DNA of 64,000 nt, taken from a virus. Shown one piece after another: positions 19,663 to 29,598 of this stretch. The position numbers and the translations under genes are program-made. Each line of letters opens with the position of its first letter. The stretch's first letter is position 1. Below the pieces are notes generated by a model, which saw only the letters and a list, made by a program, of their open reading frames with translations, had not been told where the DNA came from and did no database searches. The DNA is taken from positions 15,879-79,878 of the IMG/VR virus record IMGVR_UViG_3300020159_002453; one strand, written 5' to 3'.

Positions 19663-20343
19663 TTAATATTCTCCACGGTTGTATTTGTTAATAAACCAGT
19701 GTTGACCATCTTCCCATTCTTGGGTAAAGTTTTTAAGTCCAGGGGAACTATGAATCACATCGATACTAGTAGTACCTAGCTTTAATTTAGCTTTGTTGCA
19801 AGCTAGACTAAAATCAATGTCATAAAAATGAGCAATACAAGGATTGGTCTCGTCAAAAGTAACACCTGCATCTAAAATAGTCTTAATCTTAAATGCTAAA
19901 AACAAACCATCTAGTAAGAGTACTCTACCAGGTTTACCGAAGTGGGTCTTGTATGTGCTTCTATTAGCGGTATCAACATGAGTAACAGCGCCACTATGAG
20001 ATTCCCGGTTGCACATTAAGTGCCACAAACAGGGTTGACGAATAGTTACATCTCTACCACCAGCAAGACCGACTACATCGTAAGACTCTAATGCTTTAAC
20101 TAATTTAGAAGTCCAATTTCTATCTGTAATAACTATATCATCGTGAGCGAGTACAAGTATACCGTCTTCTTTAGAAAGACGCATTATGGTTTCATTATAC
20201 CGCTTAGGTAAAGGGGTACTATTACCATAATAAGGAACAATAGTGTGATTTTTAATACCAACACTATTAAGTATGTTGTACTCACCCTTACTATGTTCAA
20301 GATCGTATTGACCGGAATGCTGGGAGCAAAACGAAACAAACAT
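19663..20343 (-). CDS. Glycosyltransferase-like protein (GT-A fold)
   Basis: LAHDDI, DVVGLAG, LLDGLFLA, HFYDIDFSL, IHSSPG. Confidence 0.8.
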   Translation of the reverse strand: MFVSFCSQHSGQYDLEHSKGEYNILNSVGIKNHTIVPYYGNSTPLPKRYNETIMRLSKEDGILVLAHDDIVITDRNWTSKLVKALESYDVVGLAGGRDVTIRQPCLWHLMCNRESHSGAVTHVDTANRSTYKTHFGKPGRVLLLDGLFLAFKIKTILDAGVTFDETNPCIAHFYDIDFSLACNKAKLKLGTTSIDVIHSSPGLKNFTQEWEDGQHWFINKYNRGEY

Positions 20344-20344
20344 A

Positions 20345-20608
20345 TTAATCAGTAATTACACTATTACGAGGAAGATTAGGAAAAAGCTCTTTAGTGGCTT
20401 CAGCCATTTTGGGGTTATCAAAAACCCCGCCTTCAAATAAATATATATTATATAGTTTTGAATCTTCACTATTTAAGCGTTTAGCAAGATCAATCATTAA
20501 TTGATTCTGTTTATCGGTCCATTCAGCGCAAATATCTGTAACACTAGAAAACAATAAAGCTTCAACTAGTAGTTGCTTTTCTTCAGACGTAAATTGTATA
20601 CCCTTCAT
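20345..20608 (-). CDS. Hypothetical protein
   Basis: 87-aa ORF with an upstream promoter-like element. Confidence 0.65.
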   Translation of the reverse strand: MKGIQFTSEEKQLLVEALLFSSVTDICAEWTDKQNQLMIDLAKRLNSEDSKLYNIYLFEGGVFDNPKMAEATKELFPNLPRNSVITD

Positions 20609-20647
20609 ATTTGTGAAGAGTATAAGATTTATTTTTAATAAATCTAC

Positions 20648-20980
20648 TTAATTTTTAGTATAATGTATAAAGATAGAGGTAAGACTGGTAATAAAAGCAA
20701 CAATTATAGCTGATCTATACTGCCAAGGCATATCTTCTTTATTACTATGTTGTGCTTTGCAAGCTGCAACTTTAGCATGTAAGCTGTCTAGTTCTTGAGT
20801 CAAAGTATGTTCTATATTTTCAACTTTACCACTTATACTAGCAACCTGTTGTATTAAACTTGGTTGTCCATTACCATCCCGTACCAGTTTACTTAATATG
20901 TGTAACTCGTTTTTTACGTTAACTATATCCCGATTGATATAATCTATAGCAGAATTTCTATCGGTTGCTGTTTTTGCCAT
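20648..20980 (-). CDS. Coiled-coil protein with one C-terminal TM helix (holin-like candidate)
   Basis: AIIVAFITSLTSIFI hydrophobic tail. TAAGTA late motif 6 nt upstream. Confidence 0.5.
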   Translation of the reverse strand: MAKTATDRNSAIDYINRDIVNVKNELHILSKLVRDGNGQPSLIQQVASISGKVENIEHTLTQELDSLHAKVAACKAQHSNKEDMPWQYRSAIIVAFITSLTSIFIHYTKN

Positions 20981-20989
20981 ACCTCATAC

Positions 20990-21643
20990 TTACAATATAA
21001 AGTATGGGGATTTGGACTCTATTTTTACTGGTAAATCTACTAGCTTGCCATCAGATAAAGTATATACAGTATTTTCCTCTAATAATTTACTACCTTCAAA
21101 CTCAGTAGAAGAAAAGTCCCCGGTATCGGTGTTAGCATACAAAGTACACGAGTTACGAGCCAAGTATATTGTGTTGTATACTTCGTCATAAGCCCAAATT
21201 GCGAAAGTACCTTCAATTTTACTTAAACCTGCAGTTAAACCAAACTTATGTATTAATCGAGGTATAATACAGCTATCAGTAGCCCCGGTAAAATCTTCTT
21301 CAAGAAAGTGTTCTTTAGCAAGTTTTTCAAAATTACTCACAATACCGTTATGAGCTACAATCCAATTTTTATACTGAAACGGGTGATTGTGGGCAGGATT
21401 AAATTGTTTTGTTTCTACAGTCGGTCCCCGAGAATGATATAGAGTATACTGTATAGGGGTTGAATACTCAGGAAACTCCGGCTCATGGTGATTAAATGTA
21501 CCAAGTGTTTTACTTACCTCTATGTAGTTTTGACCCCAACCCCCTACGGTCATTAATCCAGTACTATAACTACCTCGAACCAAATTACTTTGATATAATT
21601 TAAACGCTCTCTTAGAATTAGTAGATCCCGCTATGCCGCACAT
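20990..21643 (-). CDS. Class II (Ntn) glutamine amidotransferase
   Basis: N-terminal MCGIAG, HSRGPT, HPF, AHNGIV, TDS, LARN. Lies 3 nt downstream of queC. Confidence 0.9.
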   Translation of the reverse strand: MCGIAGSTNSKRAFKLYQSNLVRGSYSTGLMTVGGWGQNYIEVSKTLGTFNHHEPEFPEYSTPIQYTLYHSRGPTVETKQFNPAHNHPFQYKNWIVAHNGIVSNFEKLAKEHFLEEDFTGATDSCIIPRLIHKFGLTAGLSKIEGTFAIWAYDEVYNTIYLARNSCTLYANTDTGDFSSTEFEGSKLLEENTVYTLSDGKLVDLPVKIESKSPYFIL

Positions 21644-21646
21644 ATA

Positions 21647-22366
21647 TTAAAGGTATGTAAGTTCTTTGCAGTTATACTTTGACCACGGTATATCTTTGGA
21701 GTATCCAATAGGATCAATAGTCTTATTGTCGATAAAGGCTTTAATACGAGCTGAACACGATACACACTCTCCGCATGCTGGATCGGTACCTTCATAACAG
21801 GTGTGAGTTTGTCTAAAGTCTACTTGTAGATCAATGCCTTTCTTGACGACAAGGTCTTTAGAATAAGACATAAACGGTGCATTAACCTTAATCGTATTCT
21901 TACGATTTAAGTTGTACACATCGTTAACCTTATTCAGAAAAAGAGACGTACAATCCCAATAACCGGAGAAGTCATCAGTTTGTACAGCACCGTAGTGTAG
22001 ATCGCTTGCGCCAATGCTTTCAGCCCATCCAGCTGCGGTCGTAAGTAATAATAGATTTCTAAAGGGTACATAGCTTAAAGGTTGTGCGTTGCCGATATCA
22101 TCCCGGGCTTTTGGAATAGCAAGGTTGGTGTTAGTTAGTGCAGACATTGTAGAGATGTCTCTAAAGAAATCCATATTAACAATCTTATGTTCTTTCACTT
22201 TGCATACTTTAGCTTGGTACTTAGCGCATTCAATCTCCCGTACAATGCGTTGACCATAATTAAAGGTAATAGCGTAAATCTCATCGTAATTGAGTTCTTT
22301 TGCTACATAATGAAGTAATATAGAGCTATCCATACCGCCTGATAGGATTACGAGTGCTTTTGACAT
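21647..22366 (-). CDS. queC: 7-cyano-7-deazaguanine synthase
   Basis: SGGMDS, FNYGQR, YVPFRN, YWDC, TCY..CGECVSC. Confidence 0.96.
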   Translation of the reverse strand: MSKALVILSGGMDSSILLHYVAKELNYDEIYAITFNYGQRIVREIECAKYQAKVCKVKEHKIVNMDFFRDISTMSALTNTNLAIPKARDDIGNAQPLSYVPFRNLLLLTTAAGWAESIGASDLHYGAVQTDDFSGYWDCTSLFLNKVNDVYNLNRKNTIKVNAPFMSYSKDLVVKKGIDLQVDFRQTHTCYEGTDPACGECVSCSARIKAFIDNKTIDPIGYSKDIPWSKYNCKELTYL

Positions 22367-22425
22367 AAAGGTATTTTAGGGTATAAACGAGAAAACTCAA
22401 TTAGATTTAATAAATAATAGTACAT

Positions 22426-23079
22426 ATGTCTAAGTTTGCAAACACATTTTTTAAATCCCTTAATGAAGAAATCGAGAAAGAAGGCAACGCTTTTACAAAA
22501 GGTCTCGCTAAAACTCCAAAGGGCGGTAAGTTTAAAGTCGGCGACAAAGAGGTTACAGATACCAGCAGTTACGATAATAAGGAAGTGTCTGAAGATAAAC
22601 AACTACAGTTTAAGCTTAAAAATAAAAAACCAAAGCAATTAAAGTTTAAACTTAAAGAAAATCTCGATATGGAAGCTGCCCCAGTTGCTTCATCTCCTGA
22701 GAATGCACCTGATGAAGATCCAGAAGGGTATGCTGCAGCTTACCAAAAGACCCTCGATAAAGGTACCGACCCAAAAGCTTTCGATACTCCAGATAATCCA
22801 CAATTAGAGGTTGATGCATCTGGTATTGAAGCTTGCAAAAGATGGATTGAAGAGCTTAAAAAAATGGCAGATTTTGTTAATGGCACCAATACAGACAGTC
22901 TTAACTCTCAAATCAATCAACTCGAATTAAAGAACTCTGTACCCTTCCGTGGTCTAGTTCGTCGTGAAGAAAAACGTATCGTCAAAGTTGCGGAGAATCT
23001 TAGCGGTCTAATTCAAGTATTCCAAGGTGTAATCAACAGCTCTGAAAAGAAAATTAAAGATGCTTCTGCGCCACGTTAA
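22426..23079 (+). CDS. Hypothetical late protein (possible internal head protein)
   Basis: TAAATA 9 nt upstream. EGNAFTKGLAK..FKVGDK motif and KQL(Q/K)FKLK duplication. Confidence 0.7.
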   Translation: MSKFANTFFKSLNEEIEKEGNAFTKGLAKTPKGGKFKVGDKEVTDTSSYDNKEVSEDKQLQFKLKNKKPKQLKFKLKENLDMEAAPVASSPENAPDEDPEGYAAAYQKTLDKGTDPKAFDTPDNPQLEVDASGIEACKRWIEELKKMADFVNGTNTDSLNSQINQLELKNSVPFRGLVRREEKRIVKVAENLSGLIQVFQGVINSSEKKIKDASAPR

Positions 23080-23749
23080 TTTCGTTTAATTCTTTAATAG
23101 CTTTAAACGTCTCGGGAAATAATAGCTCGAGACGTTTTTTTATGTCCAGAGCTATGTCTCTGTGTTCTTTTTGGGTTTCAACCGAACAACGAAGATCCAA
23201 ATAATGAATCCAGCTACGTAGTGTGCCAGTCATGTAAATAGTGGTGCTAGTATTAAGCGGTAGGATCATTCGCGCACATTCTTTAGCAATACCGTTCTGA
23301 ATAAGTGTGTCGTATGTACCTTTAATAAGTTTCTGTAAATTAAATACCGTACTCTTAAGATGGTTTTCAAGCTCTATTGGTTCGTCACCAACTTGGCGAT
23401 TAGTTTTACCTTGCATACGCCATTCAATCTCTTCCAACTCGGTTACTTCAGCATAGCGCTGACTAAACTCTTGAAAAGTAAATGAACGATGGCGTAAAAT
23501 TTGAGCCGCAATCGCTCTAGAAGTCTTAATCTCAAACGTACATGATACATGTTCAAAAGGGCTATAATGCTTATGTTTAATGAGATAACGGAGAAGCTTG
23601 TGGCCTGTCTCAACGTTCATTTGATTAGCCGGATTACTGACCCGAGCTATATACACAATAAATTCTTCAGGGCTAAGAGCGCTGTATTCCCGGCCAATAC
23701 TCGTCGCCACAATTTGAGTGCCCGTGTAAGCTATTAATTTAGTTTGCAT
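23054..23749 (-). CDS. thyX: Flavin-dependent thymidylate synthase
   Basis: HYSPFEH, QILRHRSFTFQEFSQRY, ECARMILP, LRSWIHY. Confidence 0.97.
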   Translation of the reverse strand: MQTKLIAYTGTQIVATSIGREYSALSPEEFIVYIARVSNPANQMNVETGHKLLRYLIKHKHYSPFEHVSCTFEIKTSRAIAAQILRHRSFTFQEFSQRYAEVTELEEIEWRMQGKTNRQVGDEPIELENHLKSTVFNLQKLIKGTYDTLIQNGIAKECARMILPLNTSTTIYMTGTLRSWIHYLDLRCSVETQKEHRDIALDIKKRLELLFPETFKAIKELNEINVAQKHL

Positions 23750-24761
23750 TTTTAATTTGTGAAAATTGTAAGAGACCTGACATGCCTTTATAAGTGTGTT
23801 TAACTATAAACTCCCATCTGATCTCGTCTTTATTAAGATGTACACAAAGATCATTTAAGTCTTTAAATTTAATAAGTTCTTTAGGCCAAATAAACACGCT
23901 CTCTCCTTTATTAAGAAGTTCTCTAGTGACGGTATAAGCAGTTTTATCTACCCATTGGTTGTCCAATGTGTATATTACATTATGCATTGGAAACAATGTA
24001 TTAATACGGTCTAATTGATCTTGAGTGGGTTGAATACCGGCAAGAGCTACACTATTGCGTAAAAACATCGCATCAATCGGTCCTTCTTGTAAGAATATGT
24101 AATCAATATCGTGAGTCACCTTGTCTATATTAAAAATACCCTTATCTGAGTTACTTTTAGATAGATACTTGGCAATGTCTTCATCAGCCCTATAAAGAGC
24201 ACGGGATTGATAGAACTCAACCTTAGCTCCCCCATTAGGGCTATAAAACGGAAACACAACTCTATTCTTATGAGTATAATCGGTTAGACTCAACCACAAT
24301 GCCTTTGGTTTATTAACGGATGTATCCAGACGTCTCTTTCTTATAAACTCAAGTGCATCCTTAACCACAGGGGTGTCTTTATAAAACGAGACTTGATTGT
24401 TATCAAATAGATTAATACTATCTTCAGGTAGACTCTTAGGATTAACCTTTTTATAGTGAGAAGTCTGTTTGATAATGTCTTCCACAGTAGAAGTATGCAC
24501 TTCAGACTCTACCATTATCTCTCCTAAAGACATCCCGGTCTGATCTTTAATAAAGTCAATGCCGTTCTTACTCGCGTTACAGTTATGGCAATACAAGTGG
24601 TCTTCATCTGGCATATAAAAGAACCGACGCTTTTTACCAGCACTCTTGCCCTCATGGCAGTACGGGCACTCAGCCCCGTACGTACCTGCATTCTTTTTAA
24701 ATGTAGGTCGTTTGCAGTATTGAAAAAATACTTGTATAACTAAGTTTTGAGTTATTGCCAC
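23739..24761 (-). CDS. gp61: DNA primase gp61
   Basis: CPYC..CHNC Zn ribbon, YQSR, EGPIDAMF, LDN, KDLND. GTG at 24761 lies downstream of a promoter. Confidence 0.93.
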   Translation of the reverse strand: MAITQNLVIQVFFQYCKRPTFKKNAGTYGAECPYCHEGKSAGKKRRFFYMPDEDHLYCHNCNASKNGIDFIKDQTGMSLGEIMVESEVHTSTVEDIIKQTSHYKKVNPKSLPEDSINLFDNNQVSFYKDTPVVKDALEFIRKRRLDTSVNKPKALWLSLTDYTHKNRVVFPFYSPNGGAKVEFYQSRALYRADEDIAKYLSKSNSDKGIFNIDKVTHDIDYIFLQEGPIDAMFLRNSVALAGIQPTQDQLDRINTLFPMHNVIYTLDNQWVDKTAYTVTRELLNKGESVFIWPKELIKFKDLNDLCVHLNKDEIRWEFIVKHTYKGMSGLLQFSQIKNAN

Positions 24762-24780
24762 AGATGAGTAACTATAGTAT

Positions 24781-25236
24781 ATGTGTGCTTCTAAAAATAA
24801 CAAGTATCTTCAAGGTCTTTATAACCCTGTTAATAAAGACAAATACAAAGGAAATACTAACCCTTCGTATCGCTCGTCTTTAGAAAGAAAGTTCTTTTAT
24901 TTTTTTGATAATAATCCTAATGTGATTGCGTGGGCGAGTGAATCAATAGTGGTACCGTATTATAACAGCGTTGACAACAAGGTACATAGATATTATGTCG
25001 ATTTAATAGCAGCCATTAAAGGAGACAATGGAGAGATACAAAAGTATCTTATTGAATTAAAGCCGCACAGTCAAACACAGCCCCCAATACAGTCCAATAA
25101 AAAGAAATCGAGTACAGTTCTTTATGAGAACTTAATGTACCATCAAAATCAGTGCAAATGGAAAGCCGCAACTGAATATGCGGCTAAACAAGGAATGAAG
25201 TTTGTAGTGTTAACTGAAAAGTATTTAAACTCTTAG
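24781..25236 (+). CDS. gp4: Head completion nuclease gp4
   Basis: YNPVNKDKYKG, YRSSLE, WASE, HRYYVD, IELKP, NQCKWKAA. Confidence 0.93.
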   Translation: MCASKNNKYLQGLYNPVNKDKYKGNTNPSYRSSLERKFFYFFDNNPNVIAWASESIVVPYYNSVDNKVHRYYVDLIAAIKGDNGEIQKYLIELKPHSQTQPPIQSNKKKSSTVLYENLMYHQNQCKWKAATEYAAKQGMKFVVLTEKYLNS

Positions 25237-25934
25237 TTTCGCTCTACTTGCTCTGGCTCGTCGTCTGTATCATCGTAAGCTTTTTTCTTCATTGTACTTA
25301 CATAGTGTGAAACGTGCGGGTCAATCTCAATATCTTCTTCGTCAGAACCTAAATCTCTACCAACTACATCGTCTGTCTTACTTTTACGAGCTAAATACGC
25401 ATCCCGTTGGGCACGTGGCATCATCATAAATTTACGAAGTTTAGCAAATTTACCTGTCTTTTCTGAATCGATATCAGCTACTGAAGGTTCCATTGGAACT
25501 GAAATTCCTTCTTCTCCTTTAGCAATACTAATCATTTTCATCACATCTGTGGGGGTTGTAACGTAACCGGTTTTAATACCGACTGGACCAGAATTGAGAG
25601 ATTTAAGATGAGCAACAACATCTTCCGGGGAAGCATCGGGGTTTGTGGCAATAAAGTCGTCAATAGCTGCTTGAGTCTTGGCAACACCCCGTCCAACCGG
25701 TCCTGCTACAGATCCATCAGTGTCAACTGGATCAGCATCCGGTGCAGAACTTCGAGTGGCGGCTGTAGGTGTAGAACCACCCTTTCTTAACATTGCGTAA
25801 TATTGGGCACCAGTCTTGCCTGGGTTGGCTGCAAGCCATGCAGCGCGGGCACCTGGTGCACGTCCTTCAACGTCAAGTTGTACAGGCGCTGAAAGAGACT
25901 CATTAATTTTGTTAGCTAGCTTATCGAAGTTCAT
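25233..25934 (-). CDS. Hypothetical late protein
   Basis: 233 aa, upstream TAAGTA, acidic C-terminus. Confidence 0.7.
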   Translation of the reverse strand: MNFDKLANKINESLSAPVQLDVEGRAPGARAAWLAANPGKTGAQYYAMLRKGGSTPTAATRSSAPDADPVDTDGSVAGPVGRGVAKTQAAIDDFIATNPDASPEDVVAHLKSLNSGPVGIKTGYVTTPTDVMKMISIAKGEEGISVPMEPSVADIDSEKTGKFAKLRKFMMMPRAQRDAYLARKSKTDDVVGRDLGSDEEDIEIDPHVSHYVSTMKKKAYDDTDDEPEQVERN

Positions 25935-25960
25935 AAATGTATTATCTATACTTACATAAA

Positions 25961-26641
25961 TTAAGTCAAGTTTTTTCTTAAAAATTCTTGTTGTACGTGA
26001 TCGGATATGAGTGAGTCGCTTTCCCCGTAAAACTCTCCTTTATCATTAATATACATACTCAGTAAAGCTAGACGCTCTTGACGACTACCATACAATGGTA
26101 TAAAAGCCGGGCAATCATCAGTATCAAAGAAACGAGAGCCAGTCTTTTCCCATGCTTTATAAATACCTTCAAATAAATGCCCGATTTCTGAACGATATAG
26201 CGGGTCAATATCCCTATTGGTCTTTGCTGTTAAAAGTACGTCGTTTTCAGCGCAAAACGGAATATAAAATATAACCGAGTAGAATTTAATAGAATTACGA
26301 ACTAAGCTTACTGTTTTATCAATAAAAGCTTCATCTACGTTCGAAGTACCTTTGTCAAACAGCCACAACGAATACACCAAGTTATCAATTGGTGTGCGAT
26401 CGTAAATGATTTTTTTCTTACCAACACTTTCCATTGCCTCATCTACAAGAAAATTAAGGATAGCCTCTTGAGACTCCTTAGTGCCTTCTTTGTTAATCGG
26501 AAGGTTTTTTTCTTTAATTAAATCTCTGTAAGACTTATTAGGAGATGAAAACATTGGCCACTTGTCTTTCATATCCTGAATAAGAGTAGACTTACCAACA
26601 CACTGAGTACCGATAATACCGATTTTATTAAGCTTTTCCAT
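25961..26641 (-). CDS. P-loop nucleotide kinase-like protein (AAA_28/NadR-like)
   Basis: IGTQCVGKST, YDRTPIDNLVY. Downstream of queE. Confidence 0.8.
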   Translation of the reverse strand: MEKLNKIGIIGTQCVGKSTLIQDMKDKWPMFSSPNKSYRDLIKEKNLPINKEGTKESQEAILNFLVDEAMESVGKKKIIYDRTPIDNLVYSLWLFDKGTSNVDEAFIDKTVSLVRNSIKFYSVIFYIPFCAENDVLLTAKTNRDIDPLYRSEIGHLFEGIYKAWEKTGSRFFDTDDCPAFIPLYGSRQERLALLSMYINDKGEFYGESDSLISDHVQQEFLRKNLT

Positions 26642-26868
26642 TATGGTGTAGACTTAGGTTCATCAGTGTCGTTATCAACGTAATCAAGATGAGCATTCTC
26701 AGGTGGAAAATACCCAATACCTTTCATGAAAAGATTAAACTCTTCTAGCAATTCAGATATAGTTATATCCCCAGGCAATTCAACTATAAGTTTCCGTGGA
26801 GTGCCGGAGGGACCCGCAAAGATATCAGTGTACTCGTTTTCGTAGATTAATGTAATTTTTTGTTTCAT
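26641..26868 (-). CDS. Hypothetical protein
   Basis: 75 aa, LLEEFNLFMKGIGY. Confidence 0.65.
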   Translation of the reverse strand: MKQKITLIYENEYTDIFAGPSGTPRKLIVELPGDITISELLEEFNLFMKGIGYFPPENAHLDYVDNDTDEPKSTP

Positions 26869-26876
26869 ATTTTTAA

Positions 26877-27686
26877 TTAAACCTTAAGTGCTCGATCCCA
26901 AACTTGTAAATGCATTCTATTAGAGAATTTAAGGTTATACTTCTTACAGATATCAGCTACAGCAGGACCAATCTTAATAAGTTCATCTCTAGAGCCGCAC
27001 ATTGGCATAATCCAGATTAGCTCTTCTGGAAGATTAATCTCTGGGTTGTTTACAAACTTTTCATACATTTCATCTAGATCTGATTCCTGTTTAGCAACAA
27101 ACTTAAAGCATGCTTTGTGCTTGATAAGGTAACGAATAACTTCTGGTTTAAAACGCTTGTCTTCCGGGTCACCGTTAACAGAAAGCTTAGGAGAAGTGGT
27201 ATAGGTTACTTCGCAGCCAGTTGTCAGCCAACCTGGGTCAGGTAAAATAGTACCATTAGTTTCAAAGTCTATATTTAAAGTTGGTCCGAGCGGTTTATCG
27301 ACAGAAGTGTCAAGTGCCTTGCTATAATCAACAAAGCCCCAGCGGTCTCTAATAAAGTGCACAAACTCCAAGAGGTTTTTTTGCTGAATAAAGGGCTCTC
27401 CGCCGGTAAGCTTGAGAAGGGCACCCTCCTTAAGACGACTATGATAATCGTTCTTTTCAAAGTATTGGGCAATCTCTTCGAATGTCATTTTGTTCTTCTT
27501 AGACCAAGAAACGTAGCTATCACAGCCAAACGGTGCGTCTGGGCTCTTGAATCCAATACAAGTAAGATTGCACATTGACAATCTCATAAACACCGATGGA
27601 TAACCAATATATTTACCTTCGCCCTCTAGGGTATAAAATACAAAGTCGTCACTTAAAAAAAGGGTCTTATTTGAATCAATAGTCAT
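26877..27686 (-). CDS. queE: 7-carboxy-7-deazaguanine synthase (radical SAM)
   Basis: FYTLEGEG, FMRLSMCNLTC(x11)CDS, TGGEP, ETNGT, SPKL, RMHLQVW. Confidence 0.95.
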   Translation of the reverse strand: MTIDSNKTLFLSDDFVFYTLEGEGKYIGYPSVFMRLSMCNLTCIGFKSPDAPFGCDSYVSWSKKNKMTFEEIAQYFEKNDYHSRLKEGALLKLTGGEPFIQQKNLLEFVHFIRDRWGFVDYSKALDTSVDKPLGPTLNIDFETNGTILPDPGWLTTGCEVTYTTSPKLSVNGDPEDKRFKPEVIRYLIKHKACFKFVAKQESDLDEMYEKFVNNPEINLPEELIWIMPMCGSRDELIKIGPAVADICKKYNLKFSNRMHLQVWDRALKV

Positions 27687-27740
27687 ATGTTATTATACGC
27701 TGTTAAATTAGCTTTTCCAGACGTGATCAGGGGAAGTCTT

Positions 27741-28187
27741 TTAAATCCTTTCATAAATTGCACTATTTCCTTCGTGTTCCCACACTTCTACCCTCTGTAC
27801 CCAGCAACGGCCTTGAGTGATATCGTTGATGTACTCATCTGCTGTACTAAAACAATAGTTTGCAAAGCGCTCAATACCTACTCCTTCAGGCATTACCACA
27901 AGTTCAATCATCTTACGCTTTTCAAGTTCCTTAAACATATCAAGATCCGGATCAACACCTGATACTACAGTCTTATGGTCGAACGTCTCTTCAAGGATAG
28001 TCTTAAGACCTTTAAGTGCACCAAAGTCGACTACCCAACTGTTGTTATCAAGTACATTACAAGTAAACCAAAACTTAGCTTGTAAACGGTAGCCGTGAAT
28101 AAACCGGCAATGACTTTCAGCAAATGGCTGTCTAAATGCACAAGAACCAAGCGGAATAACTTTAGTGGAAACGTATCTATTGCTCAT
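27741..28187 (-). CDS. queD: 6-carboxy-5,6,7,8-tetrahydropterin synthase
   Basis: HCRFIHGY, WVVDFG, FDHK, VWEHEGNSA. Confidence 0.93.
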   Translation of the reverse strand: MSNRYVSTKVIPLGSCAFRQPFAESHCRFIHGYRLQAKFWFTCNVLDNNSWVVDFGALKGLKTILEETFDHKTVVSGVDPDLDMFKELEKRKMIELVVMPEGVGIERFANYCFSTADEYINDITQGRCWVQRVEVWEHEGNSAIYERI

Positions 28188-28224
28188 AATGGTATAATAC
28201 CGTATAAGCTTTTTTTTTCAACCG

Positions 28225-28581
28225 CTATTGTGCAAGTTTGTGAACATTTTTATTAATCCAGTCGTGAAGTACATCCTCGTTTATATCCCTTGGGCTACAC
28301 AACATTGCATTATTTTCATCAACGTCGTTGTCAAAAAGATTCTTTTGTAAAGTCCTTTTTTCGTCTATGTTGTCAATACTAAAGTAAATTTTTGCTCTTT
28401 TGTCTTTAACTAAAACACTACCAGCTAATATAGCATGCATACAATCGACTTCTTTGTATGTGCCGAGTTTGTACTCACTTAAAACAGTAATAAATTCTTT
28501 TCGGTTTCGATTAGTTTTAAAAAAAACAAATAATGGAACATCGTCGCTACTATAAATTTTGTTGCGATACTTTATATTCAC
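28225..28581 (-). CDS. Hypothetical protein
   Basis: 118-aa ORF. Confidence 0.6.
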   Translation of the reverse strand: MNIKYRNKIYSSDDVPLFVFFKTNRNRKEFITVLSEYKLGTYKEVDCMHAILAGSVLVKDKRAKIYFSIDNIDEKRTLQKNLFDNDVDENNAMLCSPRDINEDVLHDWINKNVHKLAQ

Positions 28582-28615
28582 TTTTTAATTACTTATTTAG
28601 GGGTAAGTAATAATA

Positions 28616-29269
28616 ATGCAATCGAAGATAAGAAATACAAAATTAGTAAGTACTAAAGAAGCGATAGACACCCCACCCCCTATTACCTTTAACATACCAC
28701 CCCCACCCCCTGCACATGCGCAGCATGTTGATCCGTCGTCTTCGACCGCGGCCCGTGGGAGCTTTAAAAATTTCTATCACAGTAATATATCCTCGTTCAA
28801 TGCAGATTCTTCTTTTATACATAAAGCTGCAAACTACATAAAAAAGAACGAAGGTGTCCGTAACAAACTTTACAAAGACAGCAAGGGGCTATGGACCATA
28901 GGGATAGGTCATTTAGTTAAGCCTGAAGAAATGATATTGTTTAAAGGTAAAACCCTTTCAGATAAACAAGTTGAAGATTTATTTAAAAAGGATGTTGATC
29001 AAAAAATGTCTTTAATACGAAAACATTTTGGTAGTACCTTTAATAGTTTTCCAGAAGCTGTTAAAATTGCAGTATTAGATGGCTACTTTAGGGGGGATTT
29101 ATCTGGGTCTCCAAATGCAAGAAATCTACTTAAAGCTGGTAAATTTAGTTTAGCAGCAAAAGAGTACCTCAACAACAAGGAGTACAGACAAGCTGTATTA
29201 ACAGGGTCGGGTGTTGCATCGCGTATGCAACGTAATGCAGAATTGTTTAAATCAGCTGAAAAGTCTTAA
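28616..29269 (+). CDS. GH24 (T4-type) lysozyme with a Pro-rich N-terminal extension
   Basis: EGVRNKLYKDSKGLWTIGIGH, which has the E-x8-D-x5-T catalytic pattern. Confidence 0.9.
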   Translation: MQSKIRNTKLVSTKEAIDTPPPITFNIPPPPPAHAQHVDPSSSTAARGSFKNFYHSNISSFNADSSFIHKAANYIKKNEGVRNKLYKDSKGLWTIGIGHLVKPEEMILFKGKTLSDKQVEDLFKKDVDQKMSLIRKHFGSTFNSFPEAVKIAVLDGYFRGDLSGSPNARNLLKAGKFSLAAKEYLNNKEYRQAVLTGSGVASRMQRNAELFKSAEKS

Positions 29270-29592
29270 AGGCCCTCTACGAGATTGCGAATGCGTTCAG
29301 CAACTTCATTGGCATTTTCAGTAGTGACCTGGGTTTCAAAAATTGCTTTGTCAACTTCAGATAATTGATCCGGATTCACAGATAAAGCTTTTAGTGCTAA
29401 CTCTACTAAGAACTTTTTGCCTTCTGAACTTAAAACCGGGGCTTCGGCTGGAGCAGGGGGGGCAGGAGGCTCAGCTGGTTCAGGGGCAGTAGCGCCACCA
29501 TCTTGTGGCATCGCAGCAGGCGCGGGTATAGCATCCGCCTCTAAAAGAATGTTAGAGTAAATATTGTTTACTAACTTATTAAATTTGCTCAT
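29266..29592 (-). CDS. Hypothetical Pro/Ala-rich late protein
   Basis: 108 aa, MSKFNKL..ILLE N-terminus. Confidence 0.7.
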   Translation of the reverse strand: MSKFNKLVNNIYSNILLEADAIPAPAAMPQDGGATAPEPAEPPAPPAPAEAPVLSSEGKKFLVELALKALSVNPDQLSEVDKAIFETQVTTENANEVAERIRNLVEGL

Positions 29593-29598
29593 TTGAAA

